DNA of 64,000 nucleotides from an uncultured delta proteobacterium (GCA_963767925.1 CAVYGB010000002.1:704001-768000); one strand, 5' to 3'. Shown: positions 43,401 to 54,228, counted from the stretch's first letter. Program-made: numbers and translations. The notes: generated from the letters alone by a model not told the origin.

Positions 43401-44795
43401 TCAAACCTCGATGGTGTCGCCGCGGGCGGGGATGTGGGTTTTCAGGCCGCGGTCTTCCAGGGCGCGGCTGAGGGGGTGTTGCTGGTCGGGCTCGCCGTGG
43501 ACGAGGAGGAAGCGGGTGCCCGGGCTGGCGCTGGCGCTGGCGTAGTCGAGCAGGTCGTCGCGGTCGGCGTGGGCGGAGAAGGCGTTGAGGATCTCGACCT
43601 TGGCCCGCAAGGGCCGGTCGACGCCGAAGATGCGGATGGTGGGGTGCCGCTCGACGATGCGGCGGCCGAGGGTGTGTTTGGCCATGTAGCCGACCACCAG
43701 CACGGTGTTGCGCTCGTCCTCGACGTTGTTCTTCAGGTGGTGCAGGACGCGGCCGGCCTCGCACATGCCGGAGGCGGAGATGATCACGGCCGGGCCTTCG
43801 AGGCTGTTGAGGCGCATCGATTCGTCGCGGTTGGCGACGAAGCGCACCTCGGGGAAGGAGAAGACCTCCCCGTGCTTGTCGAGGAAGGCGCGCGTCTCGG
43901 CGTCGAAGCAGTCGGGGTGCAGGCGGAACACGCTGGTCACCGAGGTGGCCAGGGGCGAGTCGATGAAGACCGGGATGGCGGGCAGCCGGCCCTCGCGCCA
44001 GAGCTGGGCCAGCGAATAGAGCAGCTCCTGGGTGCGGCCCACGGCGAAGGCCGGGACGATCACCTTGCCGCCCCGGTCGGCCGTCTGCTTGACCACCCGG
44101 GCCAGATCGTCGTGCATCTGAGCGACGCTGCCGTGCAGGCGGTTGCCGTAGGTGCTCTCCATGACGACGGCGTCGAGCGGGGGCGCGGGGTGTTCGGGGT
44201 CGCGCAGGATGGGCAGCCCCTTGCGGCCGATGTCACCGGTGAAGGCCAGGCGCACCCGCCGGCCCCGGTCGTCGATGTCCAGCACCACCGAGGCCGAGCC
44301 GAGGATGTGGCCGGCGTCGATGAAGCGGGCGCTCACCCGGGGCAGCGGCACGAAGGGCCGCCCGTAGGGCACGGCCTGGAAGCGGCCGAGGGCGTTCACC
44401 GCGTCCTGCTCGTCGTAGAGCGGCTCGATGTCGACCCAGTCGGGGTCGTCGAGGTTGCGCCCGTTGAGGTAGTCGGCGTCGGCCTGCTGGATGAACGCCG
44501 AGTCGCGCAGCATGTACGCGCACAGGTCGCGGGTGGCGGGGGTCGACCAGATGGCGCCGCCGAAGCCGGCCTTGACCAGGGTGGGCAGGCTGCCCGAATG
44601 ATCGATGTGCGCGTGCGTGAGCAGCACCGCCTCGGCCCGGGTGGCCTCGGGCGGCAGGGCCCGGTTGCGCTGGCGGGCCTCGTCGCGGCGCCCCTGGAAC
44701 AGGCCGCAGTCGATGACGAGGTTCCCCTCGGCGGTCTCGAGCAGGATGAGGGACCCGGTGACCTCCTGGGCAGCGCCCAGAAACGAGATGCGCAT
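43401..44795 (-). CDS. MBL-fold beta-CASP ribonuclease
   Basis: GAAQEVTGS, THAHIDHSG, AGHILGS, MESTYG, FSAHAD, LVHGE. Confidence 0.95.
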   Translation of the reverse strand: MRISFLGAAQEVTGSLILLETAEGNLVIDCGLFQGRRDEARQRNRALPPEATRAEAVLLTHAHIDHSGSLPTLVKAGFGGAIWSTPATRDLCAYMLRDSAFIQQADADYLNGRNLDDPDWVDIEPLYDEQDAVNALGRFQAVPYGRPFVPLPRVSARFIDAGHILGSASVVLDIDDRGRRVRLAFTGDIGRKGLPILRDPEHPAPPLDAVVMESTYGNRLHGSVAQMHDDLARVVKQTADRGGKVIVPAFAVGRTQELLYSLAQLWREGRLPAIPVFIDSPLATSVTSVFRLHPDCFDAETRAFLDKHGEVFSFPEVRFVANRDESMRLNSLEGPAVIISASGMCEAGRVLHHLKNNVEDERNTVLVVGYMAKHTLGRRIVERHPTIRIFGVDRPLRAKVEILNAFSAHADRDDLLDYASASASPGTRFLLVHGEPDQQHPLSRALEDRGLKTHIPARGDTIEV

Positions 44796-44868
44796 GCCGG
44801 TCATCTTAATGGGGTTCGGGGAGATCCCCGCAAGCCGGCGGCGCGCGATCTGCCCTATGCTCGGGGCC

Positions 44869-45306
44869 GTGAAGCGCCTCCCCGTCGATCTCGACGAGCT
44901 GGCCGCGCTGTTCGACCAGGCGCGGGCCGGGCCGGTGCGGGCGTTCTTCGATCGGCTCAGCGGCGAGCTCGAGTCGATGCCGCGCGACGCGGAGGTCGAG
45001 GGGGTGTTCGACGACATCCTGGCCGAGCCGGCCCGCTGGGTGGAGATCCTCCCGCTGCCAATCGACGATCGGCGGGCCCTGCGCAGCCGTTACGTCGAAG
45101 AGCAGGTCACCGACCCGCACCTGCGCCTGCGCCTGTTCGAGGCCCTCGCGGCCGCGCGCGGCTTCGCCCCCTTCGAGAAGATCCTGCGCAGCGATCGCGC
45201 CCAGCTCGACCGCTGGCTGGCCTTCCGGGCCGCCACCCTCGCCCCCCTGACGCTGACCTGGCTCTCGGCCCTCGGCATCGAGCCGACCCCGACGGCTGTC
45301 TCCTGA
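44869..45306 (+). CDS. UPF0158 family protein
   Basis: VDLDELAA...FFDRLSGE...TDPHLRLRLFEAL...WLSALGIEP. Confidence 0.75.
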   Translation: MKRLPVDLDELAALFDQARAGPVRAFFDRLSGELESMPRDAEVEGVFDDILAEPARWVEILPLPIDDRRALRSRYVEEQVTDPHLRLRLFEALAAARGFAPFEKILRSDRAQLDRWLAFRAATLAPLTLTWLSALGIEPTPTAVS

Positions 45307-45520
45307 ACGCATCGACCGGTCGGAGCCGCTGAGCCGGAGGGTTCCGGGGGACAGCCCGGCGGCCGTTGAGAAATCGCCTGGAGGCTCGCTTCTTCCGAGC
45401 CGTGCATTCCTGGTTGACCGTCCCGGGTCCGAGGTCCGCCTCCTCACCGCCCCCCCCGCCCGGGCGCCTGCCGGTAACCGCGACGCCGGAGCGTTTCGTG
45501 GGCCAGCCGTCGAACCGCGC

Positions 45521-46774
45521 TCAGGGAGGACCGGGAGCCGGGGCGGCGCCGGGAGCCGGGGCGGGCGCAGCGCCGAGAGCCGGGGCCGGGGCGGCGCCGG
45601 GAGCCGGGGCGGGGGCCGCGCCGGGGGCGGGAGCGGGAGCTGCGCCGGGAGCGGGGGCGGGAGCTGCGGGGGCGGCCTTCGTGAGGGCGGGGGGGAGGAG
45701 GTCGACGTAGCGGCGGACGAAGGCGTCGACCTCCTGGGGGCGGTCGGGCTCCACGTCGACGCTGTCGCGGATGTGCCAGAGGACGCGGCCGTCGTAAGCC
45801 GAGACGAGCGTCATCGACACGTGGATCTCGTCGCCGGCGAAAGGGTCGTCGTCGTCGGCCACCTGGCCGTCGTGGGTGTGCTCCTCGCTGTCGAGGGGGA
45901 TCATCAAGCCGACGCCGACATCGACCCCGCTGTGGTAGCGGGGCGAGCCGCGGTAGACGCGGCCGCCGCCCCGGGCGCCGGTCCAGCTCCCGCGGCCGGT
46001 GGGGGCGACCGGGGCCACCGTCGCCCGGGTAGGGGCGCCGGGGCCGGAGGCGAACGCGGAGGCGCTGCCGCCGCCCATGCGGGCGCCGGTGGCTCCGCCG
46101 GCGCGGGGGACGCTGCGGCCGGCGACGCCGCTGCCCCCGGCGGGGAGGTCGCCGGAGCGGCCGCCCCCCTTGTTCTGGGCGATCAGCATCGCGATGATCA
46201 CGGCGATGACCGCGACGAACAGCACCGCCCCCACCACCTGGGCGGTCCGCTTGCCCGAGGAGACCGCCACGCCCTTCATGTTCACGTAGAGGAGCGAGTC
46301 GGACTGGGTGGCCCAGCCGATCCGGCGGGCCAGCTCGGGGGCGATGAAGGCGGGGGCCTCCATCGGGCCCTCGCCGCCGCCCACCTCGCTGTTGGCGAAC
46401 TGCACGATGGAGTTGGCCAGCCAGCCGAGGTCGTTGCCCGCCACCAGGAGCTGCCCGTTGCCGTCGTGGACCCCGTCCCAGCGGGCCTGCAGGTTGACGT
46501 CGTAGCCCCGGCGGCGGAGCTCGTCGGCCATGGCGGTCACCGTCTGCTGGGTGACCACCTGGCCGAGCTGCCAGGACTTCTGCGGATCGTTGTCGCCGTA
46601 GTCGTCCTGCACCATGAAGACCGCGGGTGGCAGGATCGCGATCCGGGCCGGGGTGTAGGTGCGGGCCGCGAAGACCGGCTCGATCATCGGGCGGGGCGTG
46701 CCGCAGCCGGCCGCCCAGGCGGCGGTCGAGAGCGCGACGGCCGCGACGCTGATCCGCAGGCGGGCGAGCTTCAT
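45521..46774 (-). CDS. Hypothetical lipoprotein with internal TM
   Basis: Lipobox AAGC, Gly-rich middle region, APAPGA-repeat tail. Confidence 0.75.
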   Translation of the reverse strand: MKLARLRISVAAVALSTAAWAAGCGTPRPMIEPVFAARTYTPARIAILPPAVFMVQDDYGDNDPQKSWQLGQVVTQQTVTAMADELRRRGYDVNLQARWDGVHDGNGQLLVAGNDLGWLANSIVQFANSEVGGGEGPMEAPAFIAPELARRIGWATQSDSLLYVNMKGVAVSSGKRTAQVVGAVLFVAVIAVIIAMLIAQNKGGGRSGDLPAGGSGVAGRSVPRAGGATGARMGGGSASAFASGPGAPTRATVAPVAPTGRGSWTGARGGGRVYRGSPRYHSGVDVGVGLMIPLDSEEHTHDGQVADDDDPFAGDEIHVSMTLVSAYDGRVLWHIRDSVDVEPDRPQEVDAFVRRYVDLLPPALTKAAPAAPAPAPGAAPAPAPGAAPAPAPGAAPAPALGAAPAPAPGAAPAPGPP

Positions 46775-46810
46775 CGAACCTCGACGGTAGCATAGACTTC
46801 GGAGCAAGCT

Positions 46811-47899
46811 GTGAGGTCCCCCGTGTTGTTGCGCGTGTGCTCCCAGGTGCGCTTTCGAGCCCTCCCGGCCGCGTGGTTCGCCGTGCTGGCGGCGCTGGCG
46901 CTGCTCATCTCGGGGCCGGCCCGGGCCCAGGGGGTGAAGGTGCAGTTCTCGACGCGCGTGGCAACCGGCGGCAAGCCCAGCGTGACCTTCGTCGCCAGCG
47001 AGCCGCTGAGCGACCTGGCGGTCGAGCTGCAGGACGACGGCGGTCGCGACACGCGCGCCCGCTTCGGCGCCCTGGCTCGCGGCGCCTCGCGCACCCTCGC
47101 GCTGCCCGCCGGGCCCGGCCGCCGCCGCTACACCGGCAAGGTGATCGTCACCCGCGCCGGCGCCCGCGAGGAGAGCCCGCTGACCTTCGAAGTGGTCGTC
47201 GCGCCCGCCCTCGAGATCCAGATCGATCGGGCCCAGGTCGACCTGGCCGCCCGCCGGCTGCAGGCCCGCTTCTCCCGCCCGGCCGCCCGGGCCGAGCTGA
47301 AGCTGATCGGCGCCACCGGCGGCCCGCCCATCGCCGAGGTGGAGCAGGACCTCGGCGGCCGGGCCGCGGGCGAGCCCCTCGAGATCCGCTGGCCCGCCCC
47401 ACCCGCCGGCGGCGAGGTGGGACGCATCGACCTGCGCCTGCACGATCCCGACGGCTTTTACGCCGGGGTGTCGCTCTACCCCTGGTCGGTCCACATCCCC
47501 CACGAGGAGGTCGGCTTCGCCACCGACTCGTCGGCGATCGACAGGGCCGAGGAGCCCAAGCTGGAGGCCTCCCACCGCCTCATCGCCGCCGCCCTCGCCC
47601 GCCACCGCGACCTCGGCCCCATCAAGCTCTACATCGCCGGCCACACCGACACCGTGGGCGCCGACGCCTACAATCTGGACCTCTCCCAGCGCCGCGCCCG
47701 CACCATCGCCGCCTGGTTCCGCCGCCGCGGCCTGCGCCTCCCGGTCCTGTACGAGGGCTTCGGCGAGCAGGCCCTCCTGGTGGCCACCCCCGACAGCACC
47801 GGCGAGGCCCGCAACCGCCGCGTCGACTACATCCTGGCGGTGGAGGACCCCACCCTCCGCGCCACCCGCTTCCAGCCCCGCTGGAAGATCGTCCCCTGA
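46811..47899 (+). CDS. OmpA family protein
   Basis: IAGHTDTVG, NLDLSQRRA, GFGE, RNRRVD. Confidence 0.9.
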   Translation: MRSPVLLRVCSQVRFRALPAAWFAVLAALALLISGPARAQGVKVQFSTRVATGGKPSVTFVASEPLSDLAVELQDDGGRDTRARFGALARGASRTLALPAGPGRRRYTGKVIVTRAGAREESPLTFEVVVAPALEIQIDRAQVDLAARRLQARFSRPAARAELKLIGATGGPPIAEVEQDLGGRAAGEPLEIRWPAPPAGGEVGRIDLRLHDPDGFYAGVSLYPWSVHIPHEEVGFATDSSAIDRAEEPKLEASHRLIAAALARHRDLGPIKLYIAGHTDTVGADAYNLDLSQRRARTIAAWFRRRGLRLPVLYEGFGEQALLVATPDSTGEARNRRVDYILAVEDPTLRATRFQPRWKIVP

Positions 47900-48117
47900 G
47901 GCGCGCCCAGCGCCCCCGGTGAGCCCGTCAGCGCGGGCAGGCTTCGGTCGCCGGCGTGAGCATCCTGGGGACGAAGTGACGTGCCGGTCCGGGACGTCAC
48001 TTTATCCACAGGCGCGGGCCGCCCGGAAGATCGGGACGGTGTCCTCGCCGGCGGCGGCGGAAGCGGGCGGCCGCGATCGCGAGAAGCGATCGGGTTTTCG
48101 GGCGCCCGCCCTGGCGG

Positions 48118-49500
48118 CTACTTCGTGAAGGTCAGGAACTTCTGGCCTTCGCGCTGGCTCTCGTATTCGAGCTTGATCCAGTTGACGTCCTTGGCCACCA
48201 GCATCACGCGGGCCTCGTCGAGGAGGCCGTCGAAGGAGCGGCCCTGGCTGCTGGCGTTGTTGCCGATGGTGACGCTGCGGTTGTTGTCGGTCTGCCAGGT
48301 CGTGTCGCTGATCCGCTCGGCCTCGAACTTGCCGTTCACGTAGAAGCGGACCGACGGGAAGTCGTGAATCCCCAGGATGTGGTACCAGGTCCCGGCCTGG
48401 GCGTTGGTGCCGTTCATCCGATCCACCGGGCAGACGTCGTTGGTCTGCGCGCTCTGCAGGCACGACTCGGTCAGGTGGCGGCCGCCGTAGTCGCTGGCCT
48501 GACCCACGAAGTGCAGCCGGAAGTCGCCCTCCCCCTTCGAGAACATGCACTGGTAGCTCTTGGTGTGGGTCTTGTAATTGAACCAGATCGAGTAGGTCAT
48601 CTTGTGCGCGGCGGCCGCGTCGATGCGGCTCTTGTCCACCGCCGCGGCCGCGAACTGGTTCATCCCCCCGTTGAGCGAGATGGCGTTGCCCATGCGCCCG
48701 GCTCCCGTCCCCTGGGCCGTCATGCGGACGCCGGTGGCGTGCCCCTGGTTGGCGGTCGAGTCCTTGTACCCTCCCGCCTGGGTGCTGCCCGGCTCGCTCA
48801 GGTGCCAGACGCCCATGAACCCTTCCTTGACGTCGAAGACCGCCGCGCCGTCGCTGGCCGCCGGAGCGGCGGGGTCACCCCAGGTCATCTTGATGGTCTG
48901 CGTGCCGTTGCCCTTGACGTCGACCTTCACCCAGATCGCCGCCCGCTTGGCCGCCGCGTCCCACAGCTCGATCTCGTAGGGCAGCGGCTGGCCCTCGGCG
49001 TTCGCGAAGCGAATGTCCTCGCCCTTGGGCCGGGCCTGCGCGAAGTCGAAGGTCGTCGCGTCCAGGGTGACGGCGACGGGAAAGCTCGGGACATCGCCCA
49101 TGACAGCCGCGCCCGCCGCCGTCGTGTCGAGGGTGAGGATCTGCGTCCGGCTGCCCGACGCGGGCGGCGCGCTCGCCCCGCCCTCGACCGCCGACGCCGC
49201 ATCCGCGCGCCCGGCGCCCGCGTCCGGTCGGGCACTGCCGCCGCTGCCACCCGCCGCGCTGCCACCGGCGCCCCCCGCGCCACCGCCCGCGCCTCCCGTG
49301 CTCGCCGGACCGGCGCTGCCGCCCGCGCCGCCCTGGGCGCCCCCACCGGGACCGGGTCGGCCGCCCGCCGCACCGCCGGCCCCGGCGCTGCCACCCGGCT
49401 CCGGTCCGCTGGCAGGCGGCTCATCCGAGCCGCAACCCGACATCACGACGGCGAGCGCGAGGCCGAGCCCCACACGAGGAAGGCAGGCAATCGTTTTCAT
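48118..49500 (-). CDS. DUF2341 plus LamG-like lipoprotein
   Basis: Lipobox MSGC, GEDIRF...LPYEIELWD...IWVKV, FDGLLDEAR. Confidence 0.85.
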   Translation of the reverse strand: MKTIACLPRVGLGLALAVVMSGCGSDEPPASGPEPGGSAGAGGAAGGRPGPGGGAQGGAGGSAGPASTGGAGGGAGGAGGSAAGGSGGSARPDAGAGRADAASAVEGGASAPPASGSRTQILTLDTTAAGAAVMGDVPSFPVAVTLDATTFDFAQARPKGEDIRFANAEGQPLPYEIELWDAAAKRAAIWVKVDVKGNGTQTIKMTWGDPAAPAASDGAAVFDVKEGFMGVWHLSEPGSTQAGGYKDSTANQGHATGVRMTAQGTGAGRMGNAISLNGGMNQFAAAAVDKSRIDAAAAHKMTYSIWFNYKTHTKSYQCMFSKGEGDFRLHFVGQASDYGGRHLTESCLQSAQTNDVCPVDRMNGTNAQAGTWYHILGIHDFPSVRFYVNGKFEAERISDTTWQTDNNRSVTIGNNASSQGRSFDGLLDEARVMLVAKDVNWIKLEYESQREGQKFLTFTK

Positions 49501-49750
49501 CGGGGCCGACGATAGATCCATCGAAGGCACATGTGAACGACGATTGCCGTTTCGGCGCTCGGTTTCCGGAGGATCGTTGCGACGTGTTAGAAGGGCGCTC
49601 CATGGAAGCCGTCCTGGCAGCGTCGCGGTTTTCCTCGCGCGGGCGCCGGACTCCTGGATCTCTTCGTGACGGTCGCCATGATTCCGGGCTGGTAGGTTCA
49701 CTCGAACGGACCTCCGGCCCGCGGAGGCCCGGAAGATCCCTGGAGTCGCC

Positions 49751-50782
49751 ATGCGAAGGTACGTGCCGCTCTCACGTTCTGTGGCTGCCCGGCTGCTGAT
49801 CGCCGCCGCGCTGGCCGGGGTGGGCTGCGCCGAGGGGACGGGCCCGGCGGGCGCCGACGGATCCACGGCGGGGGGACCGGACGTGGCCACGTCGCCGGGG
49901 AGCTGGCAGGCGCTGGCCGCCCTGCCCGCCACCCGCCAGGAGCACGGGGTGGCGGTCCTGCGCGAGCTGCTGTTCGTGGTTGGTGGGCTGGCGCCCAACG
50001 GGACCCGGGTCGAGGCCTACGATCCGGCGACCGACCGCTGGACCTCGCACGAGCCGCTGCCGGTGCGGGTCGACCACCCCAACGTCGCGGCAGTCGGGGA
50101 CCGGCTCTACATGCTGGGCAGCGCCCAGGACGCGAACACCTACGTCTACGAGCCCTTCGGGCCAGCGGCCACCCGCCAGTGGATCCAGCGGCAGCCGTCG
50201 CCGGTGCGCCGGGCCGCCGCCGCGCTGGGGGTGATCGACGGGCGGATCTTCCTGGCCGGCGGGTACGGCGGCATCGTCTACAACGGCAGCGAGCTGCAGA
50301 TTTACGACCCGGCCCTGGACGTCTGGCAGTCCTCCAGCCGGGGTGAGGTTCCGGCGCTGCCGGTGGGCCGCAACCACGTCCCCGGCGCCGTCGTCGGCGG
50401 CCTGTTCTACGTCCTCGGGGGCCGCGAGGGCGGGACCCGCGACGGCCTGCACCGGCGGGTCGACGTCTACGATCCGGTGGCCCGCACCTGGTCGCAGCGG
50501 GCGGACATGCCGACCGCCCGGGGCGGGGCCGCCGCCGGCGTGGTGGGCGGGCGCATCGTCGTCACGGGGGGCGAGGGCAACGGCAACGACGCCAAGGGGA
50601 TCTTCCCCCAGACCGAGATCTACAGCCCCGCCAGCGACACCTGGACGGTCACCGCCCCCCTGCGCACGCCCCGCCACGGCATGGGCGCCGCCGGCATCGG
50701 CGACCGCCTCTACGTCCCCGCGGGCGGCACCCGCGAGGGCGGCGGCGAGCCGGTGGCGGTGCTGGAGGCGCTGGCCCTGTGA
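49751..50782 (+). CDS. Kelch repeat lipoprotein
   Basis: Repeated GG...YDP...W units; lipobox GVGC. Confidence 0.92.
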   Translation: MRRYVPLSRSVAARLLIAAALAGVGCAEGTGPAGADGSTAGGPDVATSPGSWQALAALPATRQEHGVAVLRELLFVVGGLAPNGTRVEAYDPATDRWTSHEPLPVRVDHPNVAAVGDRLYMLGSAQDANTYVYEPFGPAATRQWIQRQPSPVRRAAAALGVIDGRIFLAGGYGGIVYNGSELQIYDPALDVWQSSSRGEVPALPVGRNHVPGAVVGGLFYVLGGREGGTRDGLHRRVDVYDPVARTWSQRADMPTARGGAAAGVVGGRIVVTGGEGNGNDAKGIFPQTEIYSPASDTWTVTAPLRTPRHGMGAAGIGDRLYVPAGGTREGGGEPVAVLEALAL

Positions 50783-50941
50783 AGCGCCGGCCGAGCTCGC
50801 GCCGCGATCGGGCCGCGGCGGCTGGTGCCCGGAACCGCCGCCCGGGCCGGCTGCGGGCAGGTGGCGAGCGGCCCGGCCCGAGCCCGCGCCCCGCCCGGGG
50901 TGCCGGCGGTGCTCCCCTGACCCCTCTGCCGAGCGTGCGGC

Positions 50942-51823
50942 GTGCCTGAGCTGCCCGACCTGGTCCACGTCGAGCGCAAGCTGCGCGAGGCGCTCATCGG
51001 GCGGCGCATCGCTGCCGCCCGCACCGGCGATCCGACCGTCCTGCGCATCATGGTGACCGAGCCGTTCCCGGACCTGCTGGTGGGGCACGTCTTCACCGCC
51101 GTCGATCGGCGCGGGCACTTCATGTGTCTGGGGCTCGACGGCGATCTCGTGGTGGCGATCAACTGCATGCTCACCGGGCGGTTCCAGCTCGCCGCCGCCG
51201 ACAAGGGCAAAGCCTCCTCCTCGCTGGCGGTGGCGCTGCTGCTCGAGCCAGCCGCCGGCAGCGCCGAGCCTCCCCTCGAGCTGCGCTACCTCGACGAGAA
51301 GCGCATGGGCAAGGTCTACGTCGTGCCCCGGGCCCGCCTCGAAGAGGTCCCCGTGCTGGGGCGCCTCGGCATCGACCTGCTGTCCGACGCCTTCACGCTG
51401 GAGGCCTTCCGCAAGGTAGCCCGCAAGCGGCGCGATCAGGTGCGCCAGTTCCTCATGGACAAGACCACCCTGGCCTCCATCGGCAACGCCTACGCCGACG
51501 AGATCCTGTTTGCGGCCAAGCTGCACCCCAAGACCTTCACCAGCAAGCTGGCCCCCGAGGACATCGACCGCCTCTACCGGTCCATCCTCGACGTCACCCG
51601 CTCGGCCATCGAGGAGATCCGCCGCCGCGACGAGCCCATCGAGGTCAAGGTGCGCGACTTTCTCGCCGTGCGCGGCCGCGACGGCAAGCCCTGTCCGGTG
51701 TGCAGCACCACCATCCGCGCCGTCCGGGTCGGCGACGGCGACGCCTGCTTTTGCCCCACCTGCCAGCCCAGCACCCGCACCCTCTTCGTCGACTGGAGCA
51801 AGCTCCCGCGCAACCGGGAGTAG
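50942..51823 (+). CDS. Fpg/Nei family DNA glycosylase
   Basis: N-terminal PELPD, RRGH, IGNAYADEILF, C4 zinc finger. Confidence 0.93.
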   Translation: MPELPDLVHVERKLREALIGRRIAAARTGDPTVLRIMVTEPFPDLLVGHVFTAVDRRGHFMCLGLDGDLVVAINCMLTGRFQLAAADKGKASSSLAVALLLEPAAGSAEPPLELRYLDEKRMGKVYVVPRARLEEVPVLGRLGIDLLSDAFTLEAFRKVARKRRDQVRQFLMDKTTLASIGNAYADEILFAAKLHPKTFTSKLAPEDIDRLYRSILDVTRSAIEEIRRRDEPIEVKVRDFLAVRGRDGKPCPVCSTTIRAVRVGDGDACFCPTCQPSTRTLFVDWSKLPRNRE

Positions 51824-51918
51824 CCCCCTTGCCACCCGTCCTCGAAATCCGCGGCGGCACGCGCCCCCGGTCCGGTAGCCCGCCCGCCTTGCGGGCGTAC
51901 CTGAGCGGCGGCGAGCGG

Positions 51919-53409
51919 TTGCGGGCGGCGGCGAGCCAGACCTCCGCGCAGGTTCGGCTCCGCGGCGCGCGCGTCCTCCGGGCGGCGGCGGGCCGGGCGG
52001 CGCTGACCGCGCTCCTGGGTCTGATGGCCATCGGGAGCGCGGGGTGCCTGTCGGACGGCGCCTCCTTCGACGCGCTCGACGAACCGGTGGCCTTCACCCT
52101 GCGCGTGCACGGGCGCGACCTGGACCTGGCCTCGACAGCGGGGCAGGCGCCGGCGCTCTACCGGCTGACGGGGGCCCTGTTCGTGCCCGGGCTGGACGAG
52201 ACCCGGCGGGCCGCCGTGCGCGACTACCGCCGCCTCATCACCTGGATCCAGGGCGAGGAGGCCGGCCCCGGCCGATCCGCGCTGGCCCCCGTGCAGGCCC
52301 GCCTGGCGATCCTGCTCGCCGAGAGCGGCGACTGGCCCGCGGCCATGGCCGCCCTCGATGCCCTGCCGGCGATGACGCCAGAAGCCCCGGCCTTCCGCCG
52401 GGTCCTGCTGGCCGTCCATGACCGCGGGCCACCGGCGCCGCCCACCGACCTCGCGCGCGCCCTGGCCGTCCTCGGCGCCGCCGGGCTCCCGGATCCCGCC
52501 CTCCTGGACGGCTGGCCCGGCGATCGCCTGAGCGCCCGGTTCTACCAGCGGGCCGGCCAGCTCGAGGCAGCCCGCCAGATGGAGGGGCGCATTCAGGCGC
52601 GCGGGCTGGCCGCCTGGCGCGACGCCGGCCTGGCCGCCCTGCCCAACCTGGTGGTGATCCTCGGGCTGTTGCTCGCGCTCGGACACCTGCTGCGCAGGCG
52701 GCCCCTGCCGGTGGTGGGCGAGGGCCTCGCGCGCGCGCCCTGGACCCTGGGCCACGGCCTCCTGCTCCTGCTCAGATCGGTGCTGGTCGGCCTCCTCTTG
52801 CTGACGGTAGCCGTGCTGCTCGAGAAGGCCACCGGCCGCCGCTTCCTCGGCCTGCACACCCTGCTGGTGGCCCTGCCGATGGTCTACTGGACGCGGATCG
52901 ATCTGCGCGCCGCCGGCCTGTCGCTTGTCGCCGCCTTCGGCCTGCGCCCGGCCGCCCCCACCCGCTCCTGGCTGGCCGTCACCGTCCTGCTCGTCGGCGT
53001 CGAGCAGGCGCTCGCCATCGCCGTCAGCGTGCTGGCCCGCGCCGCCGGCTTCGTCACCGAGCCGTCCGAGTCGGTGCTGGAGGCCGCCGCCCTCGGCTCG
53101 CCGATCGCGGCGCTGCTGACCGCCCTCGACGTCGTCGTGTGGGCCCCCCTGTTCGAGGAGATCGCCTTCCGCGGCCTCCTCTACACAACCTTGCGCACGG
53201 CCCTGCGCCCCTGGCCCGCCGCCCTGCTGAGCGCCCTGACCTTCGCCGCCGTCCACGGCTACTCCGTCCCCGCCGCCCTCGGCCTCTTCATCCCCGCCGT
53301 CGCCGCCGCCCTGATCTACGAACGCACCCGCACCCTCCTCCCCATGATCCTGGCCCACGCCTTCAACAACACCATGGCCGTCCTCGCCAGCCTCCTCGTC
53401 TACCGCTGA
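51919..53409 (+). CDS. CPBP (Abi/CAAX) intramembrane metalloprotease (start uncertain)
   Basis: FEEIAFRG, FAAVH, AHAFNN, multiple TMs. Confidence 0.88.
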   Translation: MRAAASQTSAQVRLRGARVLRAAAGRAALTALLGLMAIGSAGCLSDGASFDALDEPVAFTLRVHGRDLDLASTAGQAPALYRLTGALFVPGLDETRRAAVRDYRRLITWIQGEEAGPGRSALAPVQARLAILLAESGDWPAAMAALDALPAMTPEAPAFRRVLLAVHDRGPPAPPTDLARALAVLGAAGLPDPALLDGWPGDRLSARFYQRAGQLEAARQMEGRIQARGLAAWRDAGLAALPNLVVILGLLLALGHLLRRRPLPVVGEGLARAPWTLGHGLLLLLRSVLVGLLLLTVAVLLEKATGRRFLGLHTLLVALPMVYWTRIDLRAAGLSLVAAFGLRPAAPTRSWLAVTVLLVGVEQALAIAVSVLARAAGFVTEPSESVLEAAALGSPIAALLTALDVVVWAPLFEEIAFRGLLYTTLRTALRPWPAALLSALTFAAVHGYSVPAALGLFIPAVAAALIYERTRTLLPMILAHAFNNTMAVLASLLVYR

Positions 53410-53476
53410 AGCGGCGGGTCTGTCGTCCACACGGAGGAGCCGTTCGAGCCTTGTGTGGGCAGCCCCACCCGAAAGC

Positions 53477-53560
53477 GCTTAACGACCTGGCGTTCAGCGG
53501 CGAGCACCCGCCCGAGCGAAGCGAGGAAGGGGGATCGTCCGCTGCAACGCCTGGCTCGGC
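53477..53560 (-). mobile_element. Integron attC site (84 bp)
   Basis: Minus strand GCCGAGC CAGGCGTTGCAGCGGAC...CGCCGCTGAACGC CAGGTC GTTAAGC. Confidence 0.85.
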
Positions 53561-53572
53561 AGCTGCGCGCGG

Positions 53573-53755
53573 CTACGATGCCTTCCGAGGCGGAGCAATA
53601 CGTTTTGGCGGGAGCGTGACAACAGCGTGGTCCTTCGCCGAAGCCTGTTGACGCCTTTTCGCCGCCTCGACGATCTGCCGGAGATCGTCGCCGCCCTCTT
53701 TGGAAAGTTCCTCGCGGATCGCGTGAACTTCTTCGACGATCGGATCCTTCGTCAT
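53573..53755 (-). CDS. Small putative antitoxin coupled to the PIN gene
   Basis: MTKDPIVEEVHAIREEL; ATGA overlap with the PIN gene stop. Confidence 0.75.
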   Translation of the reverse strand: MTKDPIVEEVHAIREELSKEGGDDLRQIVEAAKRRQQASAKDHAVVTLPPKRIAPPRKAS

Positions 53756-54228
53756 GCCTCGTCCTTCGAGAGCTCAATCGGAGTGCAGATGACCGGCGGC
53801 GCGAACCCTGCGGACCGAGAAATCTCTTCCATCCTACCACGCAGCGCCGCGTTGGCAATGTGCTTGCAGTTCCAGGTCAGTAGGTAGTCCATGCCGTGGA
53901 TCGTAGCAATCGCGACATGGAGCGCATCAATTCTGGCCTTCTGCGGAAGCCCGCCCTCGGCGATGAGATAGGCGGCAAGTGCCACGACTTCGTCGGTCAG
54001 ATTCAGCAGCGGGAATCCATCGAGCGATTTGACCCTGCGGGCCGCGGCATCGGGGTCTCCTCGGCCAGCCTCGTCGATCACCAACTGCGAGATGTAGATG
54101 TCGTAGGCCGCTCAGTCACTCCACCATTCCGCCGTCACTTGCTGGTGGGCCGCACGTACGAGGTCGCGACTGGGATGCCCCGTCAGGTAGCTGACAATCG
54201 TAGTTTCGACGTATGTCTTAGGATTCAT
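53752..54228 (-). pseudogene. PIN domain (VapC-like) toxin with in-frame TGA at codon 39
   Basis: MNPKTYVETTIVSYL...EWWSD*AAYDIYIS...DALHVA...LLTWNCKHIAN; stop at 54112-54114. Confidence 0.88.

Noticed and set aside
47973..48002. Palindrome AAGTGACGT...ACGTCACTT
   Set aside because: Single copy between convergent genes; probably a terminator-like hairpin, no further support.
54112..54114. Selenocysteine or readthrough TGA
   Set aside because: Not a Cys-type position in a PIN protein; a simple nonsense change or error is more likely.
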